Below are positions 16,619 through 30,165 of a DNA stretch of 64,000 nucleotides, piece by piece. This DNA comes from Octopus vulgaris (Eukaryota), in NCBI GenBank assembly GCA_951406725.2, contig OX597832.1, positions 32,364,001 to 32,428,000 of the forward strand. The letters are read 5' to 3'. The translations under genes were made by a program, and so were the position numbers. The notes beneath the pieces are model-generated. The model saw nothing but the letters and a program-made list of their open reading frames with translations. It was not told where the DNA came from and ran no database searches. Position 1 is the first letter of the stretch; each line of letters begins with the position of its first letter.

Positions 16619-16720
16619 CCTGCTACGGACCGGCGTTCCGTCCAGGTGGGGAACCTATACGCCAAGGAAATCGGAAAACCGGCCCTTATGAGCCAGGTGT
16701 GGCTCGAGAAGCAACAAACA
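16619..16720 (+). mobile_element. 5'-truncated SINE family D fragment
   Basis: CCTGCTACGGACCGGCGTTCCGTCCAGGTGGGGAACCTATACGC..GGCTCGAGAAG matches the 3' third of the 9750-10057 element. Confidence 0.9.
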
Positions 16721-16962
16721 TAGTGTCATTGCTGGTGGTATTATATATACAAAAGAATAATTTAGGTACTCGTTGGTTTCTTTTTTCTATTACTTCCATA
16801 AAGACTCATCCGCCGTATTAGGCTCGCCGCCACCACCACCACCACTAATATCGAAACAGAGATATCCTTAGCCAGATCGTATGTGTGAGAGGAAAGTTTC
16901 ATAACACATAAATGCTATTACAAGGTAAACCAAAAATAAATGTAACTGCATATATGCATTCT

Positions 16963-17409
16963 TCAAACGTAACATCTGTTGCTTTTGTATGGCTCCGAGA
17001 CATGGAGAATCACCTGCAGCAACTACAAGAAGATCCAGACCTTCATCAACAAATGTCTCCGGCAGATCCTCCATATGAAGTGGTTCGACAGAGTGCCAAA
17101 CACTGACCTGTGGGAAAGGGCCAGCCAGGAGCCCATACATGTTCAGATTAGACGAAGGAAACGGAGATGGATCGAACGCACACTGTGGAAAGAACCCCCA
17201 AATGTGACACGACGAGCACTTGACTGGAACTCGCAGGGGAAAAGGAAGCGAGGACGCCCGCAGCAGACATAGAAGCGGAGAATTTTGGACGAGCTCAGGT
17301 CTACCGGCCTGACATTGGAAGCAGCCAAGAAACACATCAATGACCGCAAAAAGTGGAAAACAACTTTTGAGGCCCTATGCTTCACAAGGGGCAAAAAGGA
17401 TTAAGAAGA
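16963..17409 (+). mobile_element. RTE-clade LINE 3' fragment
   Basis: LLYGSETW..IQTFINKCLRQIL..W..NTDLWER..IRRRKRRWI..ALDWNSQGKRKRGRP is a typical RTE C-terminus. 13-bp TSD ATATATGCATTCT at 16950-16962 and 17410-17422. Confidence 0.95.
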
Positions 17410-18174
17410 ATATATGCATTCTAAATTACACTCCTGATATAACCATTTATGAAATTGTTTCAATTAAACAGACGATTTCAACTCTAGTGACTTACCAAAC
17501 AATTTCAACTCCAAAATAATAAGATAAGCTGTGAAATCACAACCCATCTTACAATAGCTCTTTTGTGAAATGTCGTCTTACGACTAACTGTATAATTCCT
17601 TCAGTATAATTCCTAAGCTTTAGTATAATTCTTACCCGGCAATATCTTCATTTATAATCATCTGACATTCAGCCATATTTACACTGAAGATAAGACATTC
17701 CGTTACCTTGCTTCCGAAGATGGCTTCATTGTTATGATTTTCTTATGTAACAAACTTGCTGTAATAATATTGTGTAAAATTGAGAGACTTTCCATGCTTA
17801 ACGAGTTTGTGATAGGCGCAACCATTTACCTGAGATTTATTTCTATATTTATTTGATCTCAGTTGATGTGAGCAGCGTTCTGTTTTAATCATTGGCTTCG
17901 GAGTCTTGGAGTCAAATAGTACCGCGATTGGGTTTGAACTTGGCAAAAGGAGAGAACTAAATTTAGGAATTCTGTTTGTTATTTTATTATTTCAGGTATT
18001 CAAACATCCTGAGAGGTGAAAGAAATAAGGAAAACTAAAAGAGAATAAATATGTTTTCTACGCAGTTGAAATAGTTGGTGTAGAAGATATTTATTGTCAT
18101 AACTCCATTATAGCTGTGTCACGTTTAAGCACAAAGACTTCATATGCAAAATGACGAATATTTCCCTTTTCATC

Positions 18175-18291
18175 GTAATGATAATAATAATAATAATAAT
18201 AATAATAGCAACAACAATAATAATAATAATTATTATTATTATAATGATGACGATGATGATGATGGTGATGATGATGATGATGATGATGATG

Positions 18292-18337
<46 letters not shown>

Positions 18338-18463
18338 GAAGAAGAAGAACAACAACAACAACAGCAGCTATAACACAACAAGGATGATAATGATGACGAT
18401 GAAGTAAAAGAAGAAGAAAGAGGCGGATGAGGAGGGGAGGAGAAGAAGAAGAAGTAGCAGCAA

Positions 18464-18526
<63 letters not shown>

Positions 18527-18535
18527 CAGTAGTAA

Positions 18536-18571
<36 letters not shown>

Positions 18572-18670
18572 AAGAAGAAGAAGAAGAAGAAGAAGAAGAA
18601 GAAAAAGAAGAAGAAGAAGAAAATGATGATAATGATGATGATGATGATCAACTATGGCAATAACAACCAC
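18175..18670. repeat. Compound trinucleotide array (TAA/TGA/CAA/GAA/TAG/CAG)
   Basis: Seen directly. Confidence 0.97.
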
Positions 18671-19323
18671 AATAAAAATAATACAGGTGTGTTATGAGAG
18701 TTATTATTCTCCGTCGCCACCAGATTGAGAAAAGAAAAGAAGAAATTTTCAGATTAAATAAAGTAGAAAGAATTTAATTTACCATCAATCTATAGTGAAA
18801 GACACAATGGTAAATAATGCAATATTCATCTCTGAAGTCACGGTTAACGTGTTAAATATTAGAATTGTGTGAAGAACCAAAATAAGCATTCTCCTAAGTC
18901 ACGACTGTTGGGTGTGGATTAACATTTGAAATTTTGTTAGATCTTATTAGCTAGCGACCATGTTTTATTTTTCGTCGCAAATCTCTGATGTTATCATCCA
19001 AGCGACAGGCATATGACTAACACTAATACCAATCATGCTGCACAGTTGTCCTATGCACCGATCGCTATAATATCTCTACCTTTGATGTTTCTATTAACAT
19101 TATTTAAAAATATTTTGGAAATATTTTATCATTTTTATGGAATTGCACTTAGATTGAAATCAAAATGAAAATGCAAGGATCGAGTGTTATTAAAAGAAAA
19201 AAGAGATCCTGTGATCAACGAGGTAAGTTTTCCTGGCAATAGTAGCATTCGTACTGATTAGCATCCATCCATTTCGAATCTAAGCTCCGCGATTCCATTA
19301 AGAGTTCAGAATTAATGTCGATG

Positions 19324-19392
<69 letters not shown>

Positions 19393-19986
19393 CTATGTAT
19401 GATGTATGCAGGTAACGAGGATGTGTGGAATGACATCAGTCTTTCATATTAATTTTGCCTCTTAAAATTTGCCATGAGAAAAGACACTTTCCAAAACTTT
19501 GGATTTTTCACTCTTCATAAGTTCTCTTTACCTTTGTATCGATTGTACGCCATGACACACACACACACGAACACACACAAGAACACACACACACACATAC
19601 ATTTACACCCCCTCCCAAAACACATGTGTATAGAATCAGAAGAATCTAACAAATGATCCGAACGATAGTTTAAATCCGTCGTTTCATTTGTGCTGCGGCG
19701 GTTGTTCCCTTCATGTACGTAAAAGCATGATCAGTTATACAATTATTATATTATTAAGTGAACCTATTCACTTGAAGAACATGTTTCGAGATGCGAGAAC
19801 CAAAATAGCGTTGCCGTCATAAGAACATTATACAAAAACCGTAAAAAATGTAAACCAAATATGCAGTGGAATAGCCAGAATTCTTCACTTAGATGCTGCT
19901 GATATTAAAATTATTCATTTGAGTAACAATCTAATAACTCTCTTTCTCACCATTTCTCTATATACATACATACATACATACATACA

Positions 19987-20017
<31 letters not shown>

Positions 20018-20260
20018 TCTGTTTGTTTCAACATGTCATCCATGTTTTTAACCGTTACTGTCCCCAAAAAAGATTTTTCGTTTCATGTTCGTCTCTGTTG
20101 CATTTCATTCTTTCCTTCTGTGGCTGGCTGATTCAGAGCGGATCTCAGAATTAAACAGCCGAAATCTGCGATGAGGGATCAGTTTCTGACTGAAGAATGA
20201 AGGCTTTGAATGACCCGTTTGTCTTTTTGTTCGTCCCTTCGTGTCATTTATATAAAGGTC

Positions 20261-20331
<71 letters not shown>

Positions 20332-20333
<2 letters not shown>

Positions 20334-20827
20334 CGCAGGAGTGACTGTGTGGTAAGTAGCTTGTTTACCAACCACATGGTTCCGGGTTCAGTCCCACTGC
20401 GTGGCACCTTGGGCAAGTGTCTTCTACTATAGCCTCGGGCCGACCAAAGACTTGAGAGCGGATTTGGTAGACGGAAAGTGAAAGAAGCCCATCGTATATA
20501 TATATATATATATATATATACTTAATATCTCAACTTCGTAAATTATGGAATTTACAGGTAAGATAGAACCGTTATATATATATATATATATATATATATG
20601 CGTGTGTGTGTTTGTGTGTCTGTGTTTATCCCCATAGCATTGCTTGAGAACCGATGCTGGTGTGTTTATGTCCCTGTTACTTAGCGGTTCAGCAAAAGAG
20701 ACCGATAGAATAAGTACTGGTCTTACAAAAGAATAAGTCCCGGGGTCGAGTTTCTCGATTAAAGGCGGTGCTCCAGCATGGCCACAGTCAAATGACTGAA
20801 ACTAGTAAAAGAGTAAAAGAGAGTAAG

Positions 20828-20828
<1 letters not shown>
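20332..20828 (+). mobile_element. Full-length tRNA-derived SINE (family A) with internal TA/TG microsatellite
   Basis: Head GGAGTGACTGTGTGGTAAG..GGTTCAGTCCC (A/B boxes), CORE-like ACCTTGGGCAAGT and GTAAAAGA tail; collinear with 27722-28145. Confidence 0.9.
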
Positions 20829-20899
<71 letters not shown>

Positions 20900-22639
20900 T
20901 TGAACCTCAACGGCAGCACACGCAATGAAATGTAGAGTCACCCGACCTTCGACACCTGGAGCGTAAAGTGATGCAGTTAAAATAATCCACTGATTAGGTA
21001 ATTAAATAATGGTTGGTATTGGGGGATATTGGAATGGTGTGGCATTCTCTGTGCAATATGAAATACATAATCAAGAACACGTTAGTATATTTAATCTGGT
21101 AGCAAAGACTATAATTTTAATTGACTGAATCAAATAAAAGTAATGAGAAGGAAATTTATTTGCGCTTATGTAAATTACTTTACAAAATTCAAAGCAGACG
21201 ATAACACAACTTTCTACATGTCACCATTTAATTTTTGGTAATTGATAATTTAAGAGTTCACTCCCCTGCTCTTTTGACTGTAATTTTCATTAACGCAAAT
21301 GGATTTTCTTCGAATTATGGCCATTGACTAAATTGAACGAAAATTATTACCCATTACCACTAGAGTTGCAAAATGACTATCGTGGAAAGAGCAAGGATAT
21401 TTGCGCATCAATTTCCACAGAGTAGTTCTTTCGATAACAGGAATTCTAGCTTATAAAGCACATTTCGACAATAAATTAGAAAAAGAAAAAAAATTGAAAA
21501 AGAGGAGAAGCAAACGAGAAGAATATTTCAATCTTAAGTACTTAATCATTTCAAGCGTAAATAGTTTTAAAATGGAAAATTCAACAATGGTAAAGCTGGA
21601 ATAATTGAACTAAATGGATAAATAATATAAAGTCAACACTAACTGTACCAACACCACTTTATCGAATCTTCGATTTAAGTTTGTAACAGGATGTCTGACT
21701 AATATTTCTGTTCTCTTTCCTAATGTTTCGACGTTCCTGGATTTTCGTATAGGAATTGCGGTAACCGAATTCTCAACTGCCTATAATTTGCATCATATAT
21801 TTTCTCAAACAGAACTATTTAACAACAGTTGTTTGGTATGCTGTTAATGTATTTTATGCGTCTAAGAATAACAGTATAATTTACTATTAGCATCTTAAGC
21901 AGATTTATCGAAGTTTCATCTAACACTGACAATAATAAAAACAGAATATCACAAAAACAACAATAGCAAAAACATTAGCAAGACGAAGAAAAGAAATAGA
22001 ACGACAGCAAGAAAAAGGTACGTCACCATCTTTCCTATATCAGTCGCATTTATCTATTGCCTGAAATGAGATTGAGCTCGCAAATTCTTATTTGCCGCAA
22101 GAATATGGAGATGTCAGAATTTATAAATCATTTCAACCCAGGCACATATAACCAAAATAAAAGAGAAGGAAATACACTGCACTTAAAACGAACAAAGCTA
22201 AAAAGCAAAGGATGAGAGTAAATAATATGAAAAATAAACATATATAAAACAACAAAAGCAAGATATATAGTGAGTTGAGGAAGTTAGGATTAAATGAGGG
22301 ATTATAGTAGATCCTGCACTAAGTATTTGAAGAATGAAGAGATGTCCACGACCGGCGGTTCTTTGAGCACTTAGTTCATCCACAAAGAACATTTCTTTTG
22401 TAGTGTTGCTTTGATAGAAACTATAAATTAGATCAAGTAAATATGGAAATGCACTGAGTGATCTCCAACGAAGAATATTCTTCCTTTGTAAAAAAAACAA
22501 CAACAACAACAACAACAACAATAAAACTGGTTTCTTTGTCGATCATTCCGTTTGGTTATTTATTTCTTAACGCATGCGTTGTTGTCTTTGCTGTTTTTGT
22601 TTTGTTCTTATTCATTAGTTAAAACATATATCCACGGTA

Positions 22640-22806
22640 ATAAAAATTCAGCAATAAATAAAACGAGAAGGAGATAATTTTGATGATTCTGATGAAGAAC
22701 AAGAAGACGAAGATGGAGATGATGGAGTCGATGTAGAAGAAAAGGAAGAAGAAATAAATGGTGATTATGAAGCAGGAAAGAAAAAGAAGAGAATGATGAA
22801 AAACAG

Positions 22807-22868
<62 letters not shown>

Positions 22869-22967
22869 TATTATTATTATTATTATTATTATCATTATTA
22901 TATGAGGTTGCTTCTGCTGCTGCTGATGATGATGACGATAGTGATGATGATGACGATGACGACGATA

Positions 22968-23000
<33 letters not shown>

Positions 23001-23750
23001 GTGATGAAAGCGGAAATAAGCAAAAATGAAAATGGACAAACAATTTGATGAAGATGACACAGAAGGTGATGAATGAGAAAAAGGTCAAGAGGTGCAGGAA
23101 AAGCAACGAGGACAACAGTACTACAGAATATACAGAACAACAACATGAACTTCATCTCTACCAACAACAAAGAGGCAACAAAAAAACCGAATCCCCAATT
23201 TAAGAGTAGAAACAATAACGACGGAAAAGTTAAGAAAAAATGACCATTAACAACAAAGCAGAAGCAGCACTGCCGAGTATACCTACAGCATAAATAATGT
23301 TAGCAGCACCGTTAGCAACATAAATAGCAAAAAAATAACAACGGTAGAAACGACAGCGCCACCGCCGAAACCGGGAAGAACGGCATTCGCCATAACACAA
23401 CAAAACAGGCTTCAGTGGCAACGTTAACAGGAGAGAAAATAATAAAAAATATTTTCAACCGTATTAATAAAATCATGATGAATTATAACAAATAAATAAC
23501 AAAACATTCGATAGAAGAAGCAACGAAATAGAAGAGATACAAAGACAGTAGCTGCTGTGATAATAGCAACGAGAGAAACTAACATCGACAAAATATTCAA
23601 TAGAAATAACAATAAAATAATCAACAGCACAACAGCAGTAGCAGCAGCAACAACAACAACAACAGAGGCAGCATTACTAGTGTCATTAACTACAACAGTA
23701 ACATCATCATCATCAACAACAGCATGCATAACAAGAACAGTTTCTAACAA
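22640..23750. repeat. About 1.1 kb of degenerate trinucleotide low-complexity sequence
   Basis: GAA/GAT/TAA/CAA/CAG-rich and strongly A-biased on the + strand. Confidence 0.85.
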
Positions 23751-24035
23751 TTGACAATTACCGAGATAAAAGTCTCGCTTCGTAACTAAGATGATTTTGA
23801 TAGAGCGCGCTAATGACTATTGAATTGATTGCTGTTTTATGTGCAAAGAATTGGTAATTTCTGCCAGGAATGTTTACCAATATGTCGGATCTGACAGAAG
23901 AGTGATATCCAATTCCAGGAACTCATCAATTTCGGAATGACAAAAGCTGAAATATCGAGGCAGAGAAACGTCGAATGATGATGAAAGTCAGTGTAATGTG
24001 ATGTGTGTTATTCATCCATACACATAAATACTGAG

Positions 24036-24104
<69 letters not shown>

Positions 24105-24644
24105 TGTGTATGTGTGTGTGTGTGTGTATGTATGTTTCTCAATACATACAATTACGTGTGAACGTGAATTGTGTATCTAACCCTCTCCTACTCTAAGTAC
24201 ATACAGAAATAGGTGTTTGTATACACGCATGCGTACATATTCATAAATATAGAGAGAGTGAAAGATGGGAGAAAAGATGAGAGACAGAAGAAGGGAGACC
24301 GATAAAGCAAAGCATAGATACCGAAGAGATGAACAGATAGATGCTTATCCTATACGATTCTCTCCAACTTTCTCTCCCCCTCTTCATCTCTCTCCTCTCT
24401 CTCTCTCTCTCTACATATGTACATAAATATATATATATGTATACAGGCACTATACATATAGGTACATGTAACTACATGCGTGAGCATGCGTATGTTCGCG
24501 CGTTTATATATATATATATATATATATATCAACAAATTGAAGAAAATAATTCCTTCAAAGGGATTGCGTGAAACACCCAATAAGTTGGTACGTCAGTTGA
24601 ATACCAAACAAATACACACATACACGCACACACACACACACACA

Positions 24645-24695
<51 letters not shown>

Positions 24696-24826
24696 GTGTG
24701 TGTATGTGTGTATATATTTAACAAAAGTCGGGATGCCTGACGTTGAGTTATTCCACAAATGAAAAATGCATTAAATACTACAAAAGGTACAAGTAGGAAT
24801 ATATATATATATATATATATACACGT

Positions 24827-24869
<43 letters not shown>

Positions 24870-25234
24870 TACATATATCCTTGTTTGTATTGAGATGACG
24901 AACAGGCAAAAAAGACGGAGAGATAGCTCAGCTGTATAAGCTTGAAAGCCTAAGAAAATTTTCAAAAAAACCTTTGGTTAAATAAATAGAAATATAATGG
25001 ACGTTCTTCCTTAGGCTGAGTTCTTTCGTCACACAATGTTCTTGGTCTTTTTTTTTTATTTTTTCCTCTGAATAGAAATATTTATATATGTAATTACATG
25101 AAAAATTTGAAGTATACAAGATTAGAGAGAGAAGCATAGAGAAAGAGATGAGAGTCTATATATAGACAAGCAGCATGTGCTCATACAGCCATGCATAACT
25201 CCAAGCATACGACATCTACACACGGGTAGCTACA

Positions 25235-25273
<39 letters not shown>

Positions 25274-25404
25274 CGTATGTGACAATTGGTTGTCACATAT
25301 TTATAGATAAATTCCTCTATTTATTTAATATCGAGGTCTCATTCATTCTTTTGTTGTCATATTATTATTATTAATATATATATATATATATATGGTAGTA
25401 AGTG

Positions 25405-25466
<62 letters not shown>

Positions 25467-25779
25467 ATATAATATTTCGCTTCATGTTTTGAGGAATTTG
25501 AGACTCACTCTACGCGGATATGCTGCAACGTAAATGGAGGTATAAAACGTTTTTCCCTATTTATCGTCAATGAAGTCTAAGTTTGTGTTCGTTGTCTGGC
25601 TAAGGTGAAACTTACTGGTAAAGGCACGATAGCCTTGTGATCCTAAGATACCTGTTGAGGTAATGGACGGGTTTCCAGCATTGCATTTTGACTGGTACAC
25701 AAGAAGCTTTTACTGGACACGCAGTAAAGTTCATACTTCTCTAAGTTTTCTCTTGAAACTTATTGTAATTTTGGCTTCA

Positions 25780-25990
25780 AGTTTTAGCATAAGGTTAGCA
25801 ATTTCAAGTGGGGGGTGAGCCGATTACATTGCCACCCCCCATTATTCGACAGCTACTTGTTTTATCGACCTTGAAAAGATGAAGGGCGAAGTCAAACTCG
25901 GGGGAATTTGAACTAAGAAATTAAAGACAGACGGAAGACTAGTAAGTCTCTAGCTCGGCTTACTATCGATTTTGTCAGCTCTCCGCCTTC
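25780..25990 (-). mobile_element. SINE family B monomer, diverged
   Basis: TTTTATCGACCTTGAAAAGATGAAGGGCGAAGTCAAACTCGGGGGAATTTGAAC is the reverse of the family B core. Confidence 0.8.
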
Positions 25991-26186
25991 GCTTTGAATA
26001 ATATTAAAATTAAATAATTGAATTGTTGATATAATACATATGTTCTTGTAAATAACAGCTCTTCGCATATCGAGTGCAATATCCTAGACAATGAGAAGAA
26101 AAAGGACGCTTAGACACGCGTATAAGAATCGAACCTTGATAGAGATCACCCAGGTGTTTGTCGTAACCATTACATCAATTGCTGCT

Positions 26187-26582
26187 TTTCTGTTCTAGGC
26201 ACAAGACCTGACATTTGGGGGAAGGGGGACATTCGATTAGATCGATGCCAATCCGCAACTGGTACTTAATTCATTGAGTCGTAAATGTTGAAAGACAAAG
26301 TCGACCTCGGTGGAATTTGAACTCAGGACTTAAAGATAGATGAAATACTTATTTCTTTACTACCTACAAGAGGCTAAACACAGAGAGCACAAAGAAGGAC
26401 AGACAAACGGATTAAGTCGATTATATCGACCCCAGTGCGTAACTGGTACTTAATTTACCGACCCCGAAAGGATGAAAGGCAAAGTCGTCTTCGGCGGAAT
26501 TTGAAATCGGAACGTAACGGCAGACGAAATACCGCGAAGCATTTCGCCCGGCGCGCTTACGATTCTGCCACCTCGCCGCCTT
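26187..26582 (-). mobile_element. SINE family B, dimeric form
   Basis: One head followed by two copies of the GTTCAAATTCC..GACTTTG..GTACCAGTT core; same layout as the copies at 48502 and 51222. Confidence 0.9.
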
Positions 26583-27467
26583 TGAAGCGTCTATATTAGA
26601 AGGTTGAACTGCATTGAAGCAGCTTCACCTCAACTTTCTTTTGCTCCTAGTATTGGAATGCTTCTTGCGGAGCAAAAATCACCGGTATCGTTTTCCGTTA
26701 AAGTTTCTAGTTTACCTGGTTGTTTTGCATCTTGTTTTGCTTCAAACGTACTGCAGGTGTAAATAGCATTTTACTTTATTTCTTTCTCTCCACACTGTTT
26801 TCTTTCTTTTCTTTTTTATCTCTGGTTATTTTCCCTTCTCGAAATGTTGTGGCGATAGCAACGTTTCAGTTTTGTTTTCACATTAATCTCAACTCCATCT
26901 CTCAATATTCCCAGACTGAAATCCTTGCAAATAAATTCTTAATTTGAAATTCTACAAACAAACACAAAGTTAAAGAAATTTTCCATAGATACGAACCGTT
27001 TTATAATTTATTGTGAAATAAGTGAATAAGTGACTTACTCAAATATATATCAAAGCGAAATTTCCGAGCCAACGAGTGCGTCCAGACTTATTTTGAATAT
27101 ATTTATAAATATATTTATGTACCCACAATATTGTATATATGAATATTCGAATGATAAACATAAACATAGATACAAATGTTTTTAATTTTGTCGACAACAT
27201 AATTCTAGTGGCCAAAAGATTTATTGGAATGAAAAGCCTCAAAAATAAAATAAATAACGATAAGCTCTCTCGTATGTTTGATGATTTGTGTATATAGAAA
27301 AACATTATAGAAAACTGAATACTTAATAAGTATAATTCATCACTTAAGCTTCCATGGGTTCTGAAAGTTTTCAGAAGAAAAAAAAATTCCGATTGCCAAA
27401 CAGATCATTAAACATATAACACTGTAGAAATGGACACGTTCTAACTAGGTGGTATTTAATATTTTTG

Positions 27468-27700
27468 AAAGGCGGCAAGCTGGCAGAAACGTTAGCACGC
27501 CGGGCGAAATGCTTAGCGGTATTTCGTCTGCGTTACGTTGTGAGTTCAAATTCCGCCGAGGTCGACTTTGCCTTTCATCCTATCGAGGTCGATAAATTAA
27601 GTACCAGTTACACACTGGGGTCAATGTAATCGACTTAATACCTATGTCTGTCCTTGTTTGTCCCCTCTGTGTTTAGCCCCTTGTGGGTAATAAAGAAATA
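27468..27700 (+). mobile_element. SINE family B monomer with 17-bp TSD
   Basis: Head GGCGGCAAGCTGGCAGAAACGTTAGC and B-box GAGTTCAAATTCC. TSD GGTATTTAATATTTTTG at 27451-27467 and 27701-27717. Confidence 0.93.
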
Positions 27701-27721
27701 GGTATTTAATATTTTTGGGTA

Positions 27722-28145
27722 TGCAGGCGTGGGGTGGCTGTGTGGCAAGAAGCTTGCTTCGCAACCACATGGTTCTGGATTCAGCTTCACTGCGTGGCAG
27801 CTAGCGAAAATGTCATCTATTATAGCATCCGCCCGACCAAAGCCTTATGAGTAGATTTGGTAGAGGGAAACTGAAAGAAGCCCATCATATATATATATAT
27901 GTGTGTGTGTGTGTGTACGCGCATGTGCGTGTGAGTGTCTGTGTTTGTCCCTGTACCATCGCTTGACAACCGATGTTGGTGTGTTTACGTCCCCGTAACT
28001 TAGCGGTTCGGCAAAAGAGACCGATGGAATACGTACTAGGCTTACAAAGAATAAGTCCTGGTATCGATTTGTTCCACTACAGGTGCTGCTCCAGTATGGC
28101 TGCAGTCAAATGACTGAAACCAATAAAAGAATAAAAGAAAAGAAA
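27722..28145 (+). mobile_element. SINE family A, full length
   Basis: Collinear with 20332-20828, including the internal TA/TG tract and an ATAAAAGA tail. Confidence 0.9.
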
Positions 28146-28154
28146 AAGTATGGT

Positions 28155-28366
28155 AAGGCAGCGAGTTGGCTGAATCGCGGGCATACCGGACAAAATGCTT
28201 GGCCAGATTTTGTCCGTCTTTACGTTTTATGTTCAAGTTGCACCGAAATCCACTTTCATCCTTTCGTGGTCGATAAAATAAATACCAATTGAATACTGGG
28301 CTTGATGTAATCGGCTTACACCCTCCCCCTACAATTGCTGGCCTTGTGCCAAAGTTTGAAACCAAT
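28155..28366 (+). mobile_element. SINE family B monomer (second tail type)
   Basis: Head GGCAGCGAGTTGGC, core CTTTCATCCTTTCGTGGTCGATAAA, tail GGCCTTGTGCCAAAGTTTGAAACCAAT. Confidence 0.85.
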
Positions 28367-29659
28367 AACTCTGGACAAGCTTGTCTTATAGATCTGAGTT
28401 TCTGCTCAAGCTGACCATAGACATGAAATTAGCCAGACGCAGATATTTGTTGTTTCAATGTCTCTTGTTGTTAAGAGGTACATCCTTATTTTCAAGCACT
28501 GTGCATTAACGTCAGGTGCTGCGAGGTCATGCACCGTTGCAGCGGGATTGTTGCAACCACTAATTGTCGGTATACTTCTGGGTCCACTCGGAAGGGCAAG
28601 TCGTGGTGTATACTCCCACTCAATCGCATTCTCTGCAACAAACCGTGTGCCGTGTGGTCGGCCAACACAAGCCGTCAGCCCAACCGGATCCTAATTGACG
28701 AGAACGCTGTAACCAGGTTCTAACTCGGAAAATCGTATAACATGGCCAAAAGTTTGATTTGGCGCTCCTGAATCATGCAAATAACAATACGCATCCCAGT
28801 CTGTGAGGAGAATCGTTGGTTGGATATAAAATCCGGCCAATGAAAATCCCTAATCCGGCTAAGAGGATTATTGTTTACACTAAGAATAATTTTATATTTA
28901 TACATATATACATATATACACAGAATATATAATAAGGAAACAAATATCACGCACACATTCTCACATGCACGCATACTTTGTACTTTTCATACATTTTACT
29001 CTTAATCCTACATATGTTAGATGCCAGAAACCCTGTGCGCCCATAGGTGAGACTCGGAGCGGAAAGAGCTTGACTCAGGCAACTTATATGTTCATGAATA
29101 TATAGATACGGTTTGAATGAAAGAGAGAGAGAGTTTCAGAGAGAGGTCAGAGAAAGAGAGAGGGGGAGGGAGAGGAAAGAAACGAACAGAATCGGAGAGA
29201 ACGAGCTATATAATCAAGATGTAAGGGAATAAAACATACGGTTGATTGATGACAGGAAATGCTGTATAGAATGGAATGAGATAATGAATTATGGATCGTA
29301 GAATCATGATTTAATCAAAGAGAATAGGTTTCAAATGATATAATGATTATTAAATGTCAGAAGCAGGTTTCCATAACTTCACTCTTTGAAATATAAACCA
29401 ATTTGCTGCATCGACATTAGGTACACCTCAGAGCAATTTCATCGGATGTCAGGAGGCAATATGGTCGACTTTTGTTGTTATTTAATCATAGTTCCGCAAA
29501 CAGAGAATAGGTCCATATCCAGTGCTGAGTTCCTGCTCATGATGATGATTCCTTATATACAAGAAAGCAGGAGGAATACTCAAATATTTGGAATTTAAAT
29601 ATTAACCATCCAATCTTAAACGTTAGAAATCACATCATGTAATGTGTTAACGCGATCAT

Positions 29660-29883
29660 TTAGTTGCTTCAGTTACTAGACTGCGGCCATGCTGGGGCTC
29701 AGCCTTTAAGAATTGTTAGTCGATCGAACCGACCCAAGTGCTTATTTGTTTTTCATGGGCCTTGTGCACATCGAGCGTTTACTTTTGCCCCAGAAGCTAG
29801 GTTTACGGGAACGCAAAGGCACCAACTCTAGAGCCAAGCGGTGCTGGCGGATGAATATATGTATACATACATACATATATATG

Positions 29884-29914
<31 letters not shown>

Positions 29915-29918
29915 TATA

Positions 29919-30002
<84 letters not shown>

Positions 30003-30165
30003 CATTATATACGACGGCGTTGTTTTAATTTTCGTCGACCAAATCCTCTCAGAGTGCTTTGGTGGATCCGTGGTTATATTAGAAGTCATTTTCCCGATCT
30101 GCCACGCTGTGGGACTGAACTCTGTATCATGTGGCTAGGAAGCAAACTTGTTATACACAGCCAAT
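29660..30165 (-). mobile_element. Degraded SINE family A with expanded internal microsatellite
   Basis: TTCAGT..GACTGCGGCCATGCTGG is the reversed 3' end and CCACGCTGTGGGACTGAAC..ATACACAGCCA the reversed head; TA/TTA array between them. Confidence 0.75.

Noticed and set aside
22640-23750. Possible low-complexity protein-coding region
   Set aside because: Stops in all frames; consistent with decayed trinucleotide repeats.
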